DNA from: Eledone cirrhosa
Taxonomy: Eukaryota
Direction of reading: 5' to 3'
Assembly (NCBI GenBank): GCA_964016885.1
Contig: OZ024742.1
Span: forward strand, 179,924,001 to 179,988,000
DNA: 64,000 bases
Below are positions 42,165 to 54,858 of the stretch, piece by piece (position 1 is the first letter of the stretch; each line of letters opens with the position of its first letter). Position numbers and translations under genes: made by a program. The notes under the pieces are model-generated. The model made no database searches. It was given only the letters and a program-made list of their open reading frames with translations, and had not been told where the DNA came from.

Positions 42165-42440
42165 CATCATCATCATTTCATTTTACGTCCGCTTTTCCCT
42201 GCTAGCAAGGGTGGGAGGGGAACTGATTCTGGCTTGATTTCTACAGCTGGATGCCCTTCCTAACACCAACCTCATTTACAGTGAGTGCTGGGTGCTTTTT
42301 TGCTGTGGCACCTACACAACCACTTTGCAGTGGAATGATATGGACCCCCAGTCTCTATCATCTCATTTCTACAGCTGAGTAAACTGGAGCAACCTTTCAA
42401 TTGCAAGGCCAATGCTCTAACCATTAAGCCATGTGCCTCC
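42165..42440 (-). mobile_element. SINE-A with internal deletion
   Basis: Lacks the CORE/B-box segment. Confidence 0.85.
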
Positions 42441-42499
42441 ATAAACCTGTGCATGCATAAATCTTTGTAGGTTCCTCTTAATGATAGAATTTGCACTGA

Positions 42500-42950
42500 G
42501 GTTGTACACTTTGGTGGTAGTTGTATCACACAAAATGTCCACAATCTTATAAGGACAGATGGGGTTATTACCAGAGACTGGGAAGATGCAATTATGCCTT
42601 CTCTTTATAAAAGAAAGAGTGTCAGAATAAAATGTAGCAACCACAGACGCATTGCTATACTGTAAGCCATTGGCAAGGTTATGCAAATTTTTCTTCTTAC
42701 CCGCCTAAATATATCCCTTGTAGTTCATGTCCTTCCTGAATCTCAGTATGGATTCCATTCTTGTGAAGGATATGATTTTCACTGCAAGACAGATGCAGGA
42801 GAAGTGTTGTGTAAAATATGTATTTTATCCAGGTTTTCATTGACCTAACAAACAATCTCAATACTGTGAATAAGGCATCCCTGTGGAAAATACTCTGCAA
42901 CTTAGTTGTTCAGATTACTTTGTATCAATAATTAAATTTTGTCATGTTGC
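42500..42950 (+). mobile_element. Decayed RTE (BovB-like) RT fragment
   Basis: VLPESQYGF, DMIFTARQMQEKC, FIDLT, LWKIL. Confidence 0.75.
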
Positions 42951-43119
42951 AATGTGACTGAACATAATAAAACTCATTCCTGAAGAGAATGTTCAGTGAG
43001 ATTCTTTTCCCAACTCTTTTTTTCACTTTCACCTGTTGCTGTCACTCATACTTTTGCCATATGTATATGCTAAATCATTTGATGGCAAAAGTATGAGTGA
43101 CAGCAACATATATATATAA

Positions 43120-43380
43120 GGTGCATGGCTTAGTGGTTAGAGAATTGGGCTTGCAATCCAAAGGTTGTGAGTTCAATTCTCGGACTGGGTGATGTGTTGT
43201 GTCCTTGAGCAAGACACTTTATTTCTCATTGCTCCAGTTTACTCAGCTGTAGAAATGAGATGATAGGGACTGGGGTCCCTATCATTCCACTGCAAAGTGG
43301 TCATGGAGGTGCCACAGCAAAAAAGCACCCAGCCCACACTGTAAAGTGGATGTGTAGGCGCCACGGAAAAAAAGCACCTA
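43120..43380 (+). mobile_element. SINE-A, 3'-truncated
   Basis: Consensus match. Confidence 0.85.
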
Positions 43381-43589
43381 GCAAGACAAGGTCAGCCAAC
43401 CTGACAATGCCTTCAATTTCTTATTCATGATCTCCTTTATGCTTGAATTTGGTTAAAATTTAGGTGCACATGTGGGTGAAGACATGTAAATTGACAGGTA
43501 CTGTCTTTCTGAATTTGGTAATGCATTTAGCCTCAGCATTTACAGAATGCTGTGGCTGGCACATTACTGCACCAACTTTTGCAATTCTT

Positions 43590-44295
43590 GCTCTTAATTT
43601 AGAGGGATCTCCTTGTTAAGCCCCCCTGGTAAAGTCTATGCTAATGTCTGGCAAATAGATGCAGGGAGATTGTTGAGTCCATGCTAGCTGATGAACAGTG
43701 TGGTTTTTGCGCTGGACGCAGTTCAGCCAACTAAATATTCACACTGCGGCAGGTATTCGAGAAATCATGAGAGTATTGAAAGAAGAATATTCTTGTTTTG
43801 TCAACATTGAGAAGGCATATGACCGTGTTCCTCGGGATCTGTTGTGGAAGGCTGTGCAGGATTATGGGATTGATGGTCAGCTCCTTGCTTCTCTGATGTC
43901 TCTATATGAATGCCCGAGTATTTGTGTTTGGATAAATTGTGCTAAATCAAAACCATTCAATGTGGGAGTTGGACTCCACCAGGAGTGCATACTGTCACCT
44001 CTCTTTATTTGTATGAACAGGATTGACATGTGCAGCCAGGTTGGAAGTGGTATCATGACTGGCAGGTGTAAAATCAGTCAACTGGAATTTGCAGACGACA
44101 TGGTGTTACTTAACTCAACAGAAGATGATCTTTGACTTGCAGTTAATAAGTTTGATGCCAAGTGCTGCATGGGTGGAAAGAAAATCAGTGCTGGAAAACT
44201 GTGACACTCATCCTCTAAGGAAGCTTGTGCAGTGCAAACTACCTGTGAATGGAGTTGCACTGAAGCAGGTAAAGAAGTTCAAGTATCTCGGGGCC
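43590..44295 (+). mobile_element. RTE-like RT fragment
   Basis: CFVNIEKAYDRVPR, GLHQECILSPLF, FADDMVL, KKFKYLG. Confidence 0.88.
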
Positions 44296-44364
44296 CGTGT
44301 TCCCAAGTGTTACATATATATATATCATCATAACTATGTACCTACATGCAAATCTATATATACA

Positions 44365-44635
44365 TACAGGGGGACTTAAAAAAATGGTCCCATTTCTATT
44401 TTTGACAACATCATTCATTTTTTGACAATATGTATGAATGTATTTAATTACAACCATTAAAAAATACATTAAAAATTCACGATCTTTTTACGATTCTCTC
44501 CAAAGTTATAGCAATTGTTCCAAGTATCCCCTTTTGAATCTATGCTTTTTGAAGTGCGCGATGATGTTAGCATATCGTCTTCACAAACAGACTTAGGAAT
44601 GGCTCTGATCTCCTCTCTAATATTTTCCATCTTCT
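44365..44635 (-). mobile_element. Tc1/mariner transposon right end with transposase C-terminus
   Basis: TA-CAGGG terminal-repeat-like start; ENIREEIRAIPKSVCED...CIDSKG.HLEQLL across frameshifts. Confidence 0.7.
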
Positions 44636-45744
44636 CCAGTATTTTCATAGCTATAGCCTTTCTCTTGTTCTTAATACTCTTTGACAACCTTTCTGAAAAT
44701 TTCTGTGGAGAGATCCAAGGATTGGCTTCTCCAGCACAGCAATCCATTTTAACTCTATTCAACAGTCTCAGTCCATCTCAATAACTTCCTGTGTATGTTT
44801 GTGTGGCTGTCCAGAGTGGGTAGGATTGTCCTCTTACATTGTATTAATGTTCTCCAGTGTTCCATAGGTCTCAAAGTTTGTGCAGTTTTGTGTATAGGCT
44901 TTGGAGGTAGATTAATCCATTCCAAAAAATATATGAAATTGCTACTAGACCTGTTTGTATGAGCCACACTTATAGTACTGCTTCACAGAGAAAATCTGGG
45001 ACTGGAGCTTCTATTGGGATCTTGTATTCTTGGACGTATCTGCCATGTCCTGAAATTTAAGGTTGATCAGTTAGAATATGAATATACAGTGACAAAAAAC
45101 ATGCATATAGGCATAGCTCTTACTCCTAAGTAAACATTAAACACATACGAACTCTCTCTCTCTCTCTCACACATATATATCATCATCATTATCACCACCA
45201 TTTTACGTCCATTCTTCCATGCTAGCATGGGTTAGAAAGGTGGACCTCTTGTAGGCAATGCCAGGTCAGGTGACCATGTCTTGCTGATACAGAACTGATT
45301 TTGGCTTGATTTCTACAGTATATATATATACAGTATATATATATATATATATATCATCATCATCATCATCATCATCACCGTTTTACGTCCGTTCTTCCAC
45401 GCTAGCATGGGTTAGATGGGTTGTCCTGTTGTGGGCAGTGTCTGGTCAGCTGACCATGCCTTGCTCATACAGGAACTGATTTGGCTTGATTTCTACAGCT
45501 GGATGCCGTTCCTAACACCAACCTCATCTACAGTGAGTGCTGGGTGCTTTTTTGCCGTGGCACCTCCACGACCACCTTGCGGTGGGGGTGTGGGGGCATA
45601 TTGTCTATATGCTTCAGCTTGTACCCATGGGAGGTCGGGTTCTCTGTATTACTGTATGTAAAAGGTAAAGAGAAATAACAACACAATCGGTACAGTATAT
45701 GGAAGGGATATATTAGGTTAAAGCTTGATATAGCAGGAAGAAGG

Positions 45745-45780
45745 TCTTAATGTTTCGGACGTTAGTCCTTCATCAGAAGA
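45745..45780 (-). ncRNA. Minimal Penelope-type hammerhead motif
   Basis: Minus strand: tctt-ctgatga-a-ggac taac gtcc-gaaa-ca-tt-aaga. Confidence 0.75.
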
Positions 45781-46589
45781 AAGAATGAGAAATAAAATAG
45801 ATTGAGGAAACTGGCTGGTTGGAATTGGAAAAAATGTATTTAGATAAAAATAACAGGTCCATTCATGTTGACATCTCTTGCAAAACTGTTGGTGCTGGCG
45901 TTTTGTGTATGATTTGTTTTTTAGAAAAGTGGATGATAGCAGGCGTCTACCTGAAACGAACTGGCCAGAGCTCGGCGTCCAATGTGATTGCCGGAGACTG
46001 AGATGAGTGAAGTCATTCGTCTGTGTTGATGATGGTGTGTCATGAAAAAAAGCTTTCAGCTTTAATCGACGGAAGAACTCTTATGAGTATAAAACAGGCG
46101 GAAGTAGAAGGGAATAATTTATTCTACAACTATCATAATCAAACTATCTTTATCACAGTTTCTACCTTCCTATATCATTCATATCTACCAATCTACATTC
46201 TAGCTATCACCTTATCTATATCTATTCTATCTTCCTATATCTACAGAACACAAATACTTTGATAACTTATGTTATCTGTTTGGTTTCATGACCTGAAATG
46301 TCACCAAGCTTTCAACCAGAATTATGACCAATTCTTGCATGAAATTATCTTTAGAACACTTCAAGAACAGTCTCCTTCATTTGTTCCATGCTACTACTAC
46401 TAACTACATTCAAGATGTTTCACTTAAGATTTACACATATTTCCAGACACCAACTGACATTTTCACCTTTTTAAAAATTTATCTACATGATTGTAGATCT
46501 GTGTCAGTCTATATAGTATGTATGTATGTATAAGATATAATCTGAATAAAATGGCCATTAAACAATGATTATATATATATATACATATA

Positions 46590-46922
46590 GGAGGCACATG
46601 GCTTAGTGTTATAGAGCATTGGCCTTGCAATCGAAAGGTTGTGAGTTCAATTCTCAGACTGGGTGATGTGTTGTTTCCTTGAGCAAGACACTTTATTTCA
46701 CATTGCTCCAGTTTACTCAGCTATAGAAATGAGGTGATAGGGACTGGGGTCCATATCATACCACTGCAAAGTGGTCGTGGAGGTGCCACGGCAAAAAAGC
46801 ACCCAGCACTCACTGTAAATGAGGTTGGTGTTAGGAAGGGCATCCAGCTGTAGAAATCAAGCCAGCATCAGTTCCCATGCCACCCTTGCAAGCAGGGAAA
46901 AAGCGGACGTAAAATGAAATGA
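46590..46922 (+). mobile_element. SINE-A full copy
   Basis: Consensus match. Confidence 0.9.
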
Positions 46923-46959
46923 TATATACATATATGTATTTATATATACACATATATAT

Positions 46960-47207
46960 AGTGCAGGCACGTGGTGTAGTGGTAATTGTGTTGGACTTAC
47001 GATCATAATATCAATGGTTCGTTTCCTGGGTTGCTTGTTGTATTCTTGAACAAAACATTTCATGTTGCTCTAGTATACTCAACTGAAAATGACTAACAGC
47101 AATAGCTGGGTGTTTAACCCTGCGATGGACTGGCATCCTGTACAGGGAGTCTTGTACTCTCAGTCACTTCACGCCATGAAACCGGGATAATCACTGGCCA
47201 AATGAGA
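46960..47207 (+). mobile_element. SINE-C copy
   Basis: Homologous to 33755-34012. Confidence 0.8.
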
Positions 47208-47414
47208 AACTTAAATTCTTTCAATATTGGTTATCCAATGTCTTGGAGTTCCCAATGTTCTATCTTGAGTTTCAGAAACCATGGTCAGGGGATCATATAA
47301 GTTAAAATCAACTTTTTTTAGCTGATTTGACTTGTATCCTCCCAAAATGAGATTTTGGCTTGAGTTTAATATATTTTATTTTATATACACACACACACTC
47401 ATATATGCATATAA

Positions 47415-47451
<37 letters not shown>

Positions 47452-47576
47452 ATTTGGATTTCGTATTTCTAAAGAAATACGGTATGTTTATAAATAAACA
47501 TTTAGAAAGCCGTAGCTTTGAATACAATACTCGCAGCTAATGCCACCATGTGGAGCTCAGCAGAAGCAAGGGGTAC

Positions 47577-47622
47577 AATCATCGATGCATTTTGAACTCA
47601 ACTGGTTGTCGTCAGGACGATC
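47577..47622 (-). ncRNA. Type I hammerhead motif (G12A)
   Basis: Minus strand: gatcgtc-ctgacga-caaccagttgagttc-aaaa-tgca-tc-gatgatt. Confidence 0.7.
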
Positions 47623-47866
47623 TCTACCACTCTTGCAACTGCCGGACTTTGAAAACAGGCAAAAATATATAATTTTTTCGTCTGTGTAAATGAAGTGATT
47701 AATCTCATTTGCATATGAACCTGTATAAGTTGGCTCAACTTAATACGAAATTCAAATACATATTTGTATACAGCTATGTCCTAAGCTAAATTCAAATTCT
47801 ATTCTATATTAAGTTGAGCCAACTTATACAGCTTAATATATTTTCGGCAGTGGCAAGAGCAGGAGA

Positions 47867-47912
47867 AATCATCCTGACGAGAACCAGTTGAGTTCAAAAT
47901 GCATCAACGATT
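47867..47912 (+). ncRNA. Type I hammerhead motif (G12A)
   Basis: aatcatc-ctgacga-gaac cagttga gttc-aaaa-tgca-tc-aacgatt. Confidence 0.7.
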
Positions 47913-48166
47913 GTCGCCCTTGCTTCTGTCAAGCAACGCATGGTGGCGTTAGCTGCCAGTGTCATTCATGGCTATGGTTTTCTAAATGTTTATTTATAAA
48001 CATACCGTATTTCTTTAGAAATACGAAATTCAAATACATATTTGTATACAGCTATGTTCGAAGCTAAATTCTAATTCTATTATATATATATATATGTTAC
48101 GTAATTTCAAAGGAAAAGGCAAAGTAAAAAAAGAGTGCTCTGTGTATAGAACAGAGCTATTTAATT

Positions 48167-48355
48167 ATATAACTACTCCATTACCAAAGGTTTCTGGATT
48201 ACAGACGATAATAATATATAAGTCTGGATCGGTCTTCAGATAAAAGATAAAAGATATGAAATATCATATCTTTTATCTCTATCTGAAGACCGATCCAGAC
48301 TTATATATTATTATCGTCTATAATCCAGAAACCTTTGGTAATGGAGTAGTTATAT
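48167..48355. mobile_element. Near-perfect fold-back HHR unit (~92-bp arms, 4-nt loop)
   Basis: Centre gatatga-aata-tcatatc. Confidence 0.85.
48277..48346 (+). ncRNA. Type I hammerhead motif (intact core, weak stem II); twin on minus strand at ~48176-48246
   Basis: ctctat-ctgaaga-ccgatccagac...gtctataatcca-gaaa-cctttgg-ta-atggag. Confidence 0.72.
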
Positions 48356-49375
48356 TTTGTGTTGTTCAATCTCTAATTAAATATATATATATATATGTTG
48401 TTGCTGTTATCATTTACAAGTGCCTGCCATGCTGGCAAGTGTTGGTCAGTTCTTATTTCTATTTACTGTTCTCCATGATGAATCAGAATACTACATCTTA
48501 TTCATACATACATTCCATTTGACTTGATTGCTATGAATGGATGTTCTTCATAATACCAACCTCTTTATGGAATGTACTTGAGGCTTTTTCTCCTTGTACT
48601 AGCACTAGAGAGGCTGTTATGTTTTCTACAAGAGTAAACTCCCCTTTCTACACTATATTGTTTCTGTTTGAGTGCCAACCACTTTACATGTTGTACTGGA
48701 TTAAGTTTATTGTATTAACACTAGACATGTTTTCTTCTCTGCAAAGTTAAAGTCATCTTATTCTTTCAAAGCAAAAATTCTTGCCAGTGTAGATAGAAAC
48801 AAAGTATATTCAGTCATTTTATTACCATATTCCTGTTGAAAAATATTGCCTATAATTTTAAAATCATTTTGAAAATAATCAAGAATTTGGAAGAGTTTGT
48901 GTTTGGAACTAAACAAAGGTTCTTTGCAGAAAATTCTGTTAGAATGTTTTTAGATAAATATAAATATTTGAACACAAATGTGTAACCAGGGGTGTTTTCA
49001 TGTGGTTTGATATAAAAAATGTTAATAATCAATGCTTTTAGCAAAATCAACTCTGTTGTAAGCGCATGGATCAATTATTCAGTTTGAGGATGACTTATCC
49101 TTGAAAAGAGAGCATGAGACTGTCTTTTTATCTCTGAATAAAATGTTAAAAATGGAGAATTGGCTGCTATTTCTAGTGTCGAACAGCTGGATTGCATATG
49201 ATACTGTTAGTAAGAAGTCATTGATCTGTGGCTAGGTTTTACTGCTGAGACAAATATATTTTACAACTGAGAGATAATGGTATACTTGTCATTTCAAACA
49301 ATGTTAGCAGTGTCTGTGTTGTCATTGTCTCACACACACACACACACACACATTTATATATGCATATATATGTAT

Positions 49376-49428
<53 letters not shown>

Positions 49429-50838
49429 GCACACACACACATACACACATACATACACACTTTGTTGCTCTATCTCACACACGTTATTTATCTCTCTCTC
49501 ACTTACACAGTGCTTTTTCTTCTATATGCTCTCTAACCCCCTCCTCCACACACACTTTCTCTCTCTACAATCCAGAGGTCCAGTCTTGAAACATACTGTG
49601 TTATGTTGATTTGTGTTGTGAATTACACATTAAAGGAAGATCTTTCTGTGGAATATTCAGCCACTTAAACATAATTCTTGAGTTAGAGACACAATTGATT
49701 GAATAATTAAGTGCTTATTATCGAAATTGATATTCAATAGAATTTGAAAAGATTTTTGCTGGCTTGTATCAATGAGATTATATTTATTAGAGAGTATATT
49801 TTTGTGCAAGCATGCTTAAATAGTTATAAAGTTCACTTAGGAATCATCAGCTCGCAGATTCTCTTCCTGCCATGATCTTTGGGAAAGTCATTAAGGAAAC
49901 GTTTTCAGAGTTTGAAGCAGTGTATAAGCCAGTTGGATATATTGCAGCCGTAATTCAATGGCCAGCCATGTCTGATACAGTGTCTCTCTCTGAGTCTACT
50001 TCAATGTCATCTTAAAGAAAAAGTGTCCATGGAATACTCAGTCATTTATGCTATAATATGATAAGTAGGTAGCTCCATTAATCTTGATTGAACAATAAGA
50101 ATAGCCAGTGGCATGTGGGATCTATGATTTCAGGAACACATCCACATTGTAAGATGGTCATGTGTGTAACACAACACAATGAAAAGGGTTTCCAATCTGG
50201 TCGTTTTGGTGCCTTGATAAAAAAGCAGCCAGTCCACACTGTAAATGTGTTGTGGTGTTAAAAAGGGCATCCAGCCATAGAAACAAAGCTAAAAATAGTT
50301 TTGAATGAGGAAGATATGGTCACCTGATCTGATTTGTCTCACTACAGGACAACTCGTCTAACCCATGCTAACGTGGAAAATGGACATTAAAAGGTGTTGT
50401 TGGTGATTATATGAGATTTAACTATATTGAACCAGGAGTGGATTCTGACAGTTTAGTATTAAAAGGGTTAAACCATGTAAGACATTAAATATAAATCATT
50501 ATCAGATGACATAATTCATGGGAAAGCTGCAGTCCTGGGTAGCAATTTTTAACTTAACATCTATTATATATCCACTTGATTTAAAGTATGCAGTGACATG
50601 TACTCATTAAATGTTTGATGAAGAAAAAGCTGCAAGACAATCCTACCTACATAAATGTAGCGAAACATTTAATGGATGCATTAGTCACATGAATATCTTA
50701 CTGATATTTTATTATATAATGGAATCAATTTGTGACTGAAGAAAATGTAGACATAGATTATAGAGAATGTTTACTTTACTACAATCTATGACAGTAAAAA
50801 CTGTCAAGTGTTAACGAAGTGAAAACATGTTTGGTGTC

Positions 50839-50888
<50 letters not shown>

Positions 50889-52225
50889 TAATGTGTGTGT
50901 ATATATATTCACTTATCCACTTTCCATGTTTGTATATGTTACTAGTGTGTGTGTGTAAAGTCAAACTTTTGCCACAAAATTATAGTAGGAAAAACCAGCA
51001 TGTGACTTATCTACTGTATGTACCAAACCTCACTCCAAAGCACATAGTACATTGTAAATATTGCATGAATGTTGTGTATATACAGCTTTAAATTCTTACA
51101 TTATATTTCTGAATGTCTTAATTTCATTTGAAAAGGAAAATCAGGGTAGAGAGGGAAGTGCTCTCTTCCCAGCATTTTGTTGAAAGATGGGTGAGAGAAG
51201 CAAGTATGGCCCGAATGAATGGGCCTACTCTGAGTATGTGTCTGTAAATTAAAGGTGGAAAACTGGGAGAGGGCACTTGCCCTGGTGGTCAGGGTCACTG
51301 TGGCTTTCTCCACAAATGTCCCTCGGAAGTCTCCCCCCTATTGGGGAATTTTTCATTGTTATTTTTTTTGTTACATCCTCTGTTTTTGTTTTTTTACATG
51401 CAGAAATGCCCATTTGTACCATCCTGTATTGTCCTGTACTGTCCTTAATGTCTACTTTATGTAAACCCTTGTGGTTAATAAAGAAAGCGTTATATTTCTG
51501 AATGTCATAAGGTATGACTAAAAGGGTTAGGACCAGGAAAGGAATCCAGCAGTAAAATTTTGTCTCAAAAGGCCCCATGATGAACATAGTCTGTCATGGG
51601 CCTGTATGACTACCTCCTGCTTTAGGAGAGAAAATAGCCTATACTACTTATTGTTGTGTTGTATTCTAGATAGAATGGAAATGAAACTTAAGCCAAAATA
51701 TATACAGTATTCTACAAGTGCAATTTTATCTGGCTAGCTAACCCCAACAATAGATGTCTGATATCAAGCAACATTAAATACTATTTCTACAGTAGTTTTC
51801 AATGCCAATATTCAACGACATACCTCTACACAATAATGCTGCTATACAATGATTTGGCCAAAATCTAAAAAAGAAAAATGAAAATGTAAAACAAACATTT
51901 GTAACAAGAAACTCGACATAGATTGATGTTTGAAACCAATGTTTTCATGCAATGCCCTCTACTACTAGAGTTCTTTTGATTTTGAAACGTTCCATTACAC
52001 AATCTACATAAACAGCTAAGTGTTATAAAAGTTAAGATGTTGGTCTTTTTCAAAATTGCTTTGAAATGTTTTCTGTTAGGATTACTTTGCTTCAAACAAT
52101 CTCTTTGTGTGTCAGAGAACTTTCAGCAATGATGGTAATGAGGACAATGACAACGATAACGATAAGGCTAGAAGTAGTGTTGGTGATGACAATAATACAT
52201 GTGATTGTGGTAGTAGTAGTAGTAC

Positions 52226-52256
<31 letters not shown>

Positions 52257-52384
52257 AGTAGATGTGATTGTGGTAGTGATGGTACTGATGAGGTTGATAG
52301 TAGTGGTGTTAAAGATGAGAAGAAAGAGGAGGGAAATGTTGAGAATAGTATTGGTGATAATAATGGTGATAATAATAATAATAA

Positions 52385-52790
52385 TAATTGTTTCTACTAG
52401 TGGCACAAGGCCAGCAATTACCCAGTACATTACTGGTACTTTATTTTATCGACCCCGTAAGAATGAAAGGCAAAGTTAACCTCGGCGGGATTTGAACTCA
52501 GAATGGCAAGGGCCATAACTCTATGCGTCAAAGCATGGTGTCCGACCCTCTACCGATACCGCCAATTCACAATAATAATGATGATGGGTGAGGAAGTGAT
52601 AATAATGGCTTCAGATTTAGGCACAAGACCATTAAATCAACTCCAGTGCATTACTGGTACTATATTTTATTGACACTGTAAGGATGAAAAACAAAGCTAA
52701 CATTGGCGGGATTTGAAGCCAGAATATAAAGGGCTGTAACCTTATGCTATAAAGCATGGTGTCCAACACTCTACCGATACTACCATTCCA
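52385..52790 (-). mobile_element. Two SINE-B copies after a (TAA)/(GAT) low-complexity tract
   Basis: Consensus match. Confidence 0.85.
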
Positions 52791-53604
52791 CTGTTAATAA
52801 TGATGATTAATGTTAATTTTTTTTTATCCTTGTTCTTTCTCTTTCCTACAAGATTTGTGACCCTCTGCAAACATCAGTATATGACTGGTAATTTCAGTGA
52901 ACCTGAAATATTCAAGGGATAACAATTGACATCACTGGCTGGATTTGAACTCATAAAGATAAAGAGACATAATTAAATATGACAAGACATTTTGTCTGAC
53001 TCTCTGACGATTCTGCCATTAATCACATTAACTGACACTTTATTTTATTGACTCCAGAATGAAGAAAGACAAAGTTGACCTTTTGTGAGATTTGAACTCA
53101 GAATGTAAAAAATCTCCATTTATATAAATATTTCATAGAGGTTACATAATGATGGCTACTGCTTGGTGACATCCATAATTCCCATACTAGTAAATGGTGC
53201 AGGTCAGTGGGATTGATTTACCATGAGCAATGATGTAGTTAGAAGGACATACTTGGTTTTGCTTCTTTGAGCAGTCTGGATCTGGTGATTGAGTTCAATT
53301 GCAGGTGTATGGTTTCCATTTGCTTGGGTTTGTAGTTAGCTTTGTTTTAATCTGGATCTATTTATATTCAGCTTAAGGCAATTAATGGTCTTAGTTATAC
53401 ACACAAATATATGAATAAATAAATAAATATATATATTAGACAACACAAGAATTGAGGTCAGATGTACCTAACAATAACAAGAACACCAACTACAGATTGG
53501 CTTGCCTCAGAACGAATTTCTATAGACTTTTGAATGAGGAATGTTCTAACAACTGACCAATGAGAGGAGATGAAGCCCTTTGACACTGAAATTCGTTTGT
53601 TTGA

Positions 53605-53927
53605 ATTCATATGATTCCAGTTCCTCAGTGAAATAACAACCCAACCAGGAACTGGACATATCAGAGTATTGACAAGGTTATACACCTCAACAACATATGT
53701 ACTTGTCTATACCACACTAATTCGGACTGCCTGAAGAGGTCACAGCCAAAGATGGCTGTCACCGAAATATATATAGCAGTAATAAACGAAGCTAAATTTT
53801 AAACATTTGACTTATTTATTTTATTTTATTTTACATTACTCCGGAGTAACCAAACCAACCTGCGGACTTCGTCGAGTGCTCCAATCTGCATACTGAGGTG
53901 TTGGTATACAACCAACATATACTCAAA
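53605..53927 (+). mobile_element. Penelope pLTR-like HHR unit (family H1), single copy
   Basis: Highly similar to 8563-8887; ends at (TA)n. Confidence 0.85.
53726..53780 (+). ncRNA. Intact type I hammerhead ribozyme
   Basis: actgc-CTGAAGA-ggtcacagcca aaga tggctgtcacc-GAAA-tatata-TA-gcagt; predicted cleavage after 53775. Confidence 0.9.
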
Positions 53928-54052
53928 ATCTATATATATATATATGTGTGTGTGTATATGTGTGTGTAGATGTATATATATGTAACATGAATATGACAAC
54001 ATCGCAGTTACAGGGTCAACATTTATTATGCAATTGACACATGTTTCACTAT

Positions 54053-54100
<48 letters not shown>

Positions 54101-54106
<6 letters not shown>

Positions 54107-54296
54107 GTATATTTAAAATTCCATACACTTAACCTGTATGCACAACCATAGGTTTTGGTGTCCAGTTATGGCCACCACTGTATTGTGGAGGACCCATTTA
54201 AAAACTGTACATTATAGAGTGATGGTCATAACTGAAACACGAAACCTAAGGTTGTGCATACAGGTTAAGTGTATGACATTTTAAATAAACTAAATA
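54101..54296. mobile_element. Fold-back unit with degenerate HHR (54206-54258, +)
   Basis: ~87-bp imperfect arms; gtg...cac-gaaa-cctaagg-tt-gtgca with stem I tgtac/gtgca, but the CUGANGA core has decayed. Confidence 0.7.
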
Positions 54297-54858
54297 AGCT
54301 TCCTTGCAAGAGTAAGTTGTTTCATAGATACTTTGAATTATCCTCTATGTCATATATATCTGACTCCTTCTTGTCATATGCATCATGTAAATCTTTCCTT
54401 AACATATACACAATTTTTAGGAAATATATATCACTAATTAGATAAAACAAATTCAATATGAAAATATAAAAAAAATATATCAGCTACTGCATCTAAGAGG
54501 AATTTAGTGAAGCCAGAAATGGTAAGTGGGAATGTAGAATGTTAGTGGGTGTGTTTGGTGTAAGGTGAAAGTGAAATAAGGCATAATAAAATAATATTAA
54601 TCAAAATATAAGGAATGGAGCAATTAAAATAATTATATTTACATTTCTAGATAATATCATTAAAAAACTTAATCAAATTATTTCCAGCTTGAGACATACT
54701 TAAACAAGAATTATTTATGTGTTTAATTATATAAATATGTGTGTTCACATATGTTTGTAGCGTCAGCTGAAGCCTCGATTAGTTGCTTATTATACAATTT
54801 AATATGTATATATATATAGATAAATATACACGGGTGTCTATGATTGTGTATAGAAGGT

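Larger units (their letters stand above)
47448..48081. mobile_element. Fold-back HHR unit with ~200-bp diverged arms and a nested internal inverted repeat
   Basis: Arms 47448-47646 and 47843-48040; (TA)n flanks. Confidence 0.85.

Noticed and set aside
48167-48355. MITE interpretation of the palindromes
   Set aside because: No shared transposase-type termini, arms often unequal, the same unit occurs as single copies (H1), and HHR motifs sit at consistent positions.
52066-52479. Asp/Asn-rich or hydrophobic ORFs
   Set aside because: Low-complexity GAT/TAA/GTA repeats.
54735-54790. Possible degenerate HHR on the minus strand
   Set aside because: Both core boxes are altered; cannot be supported.
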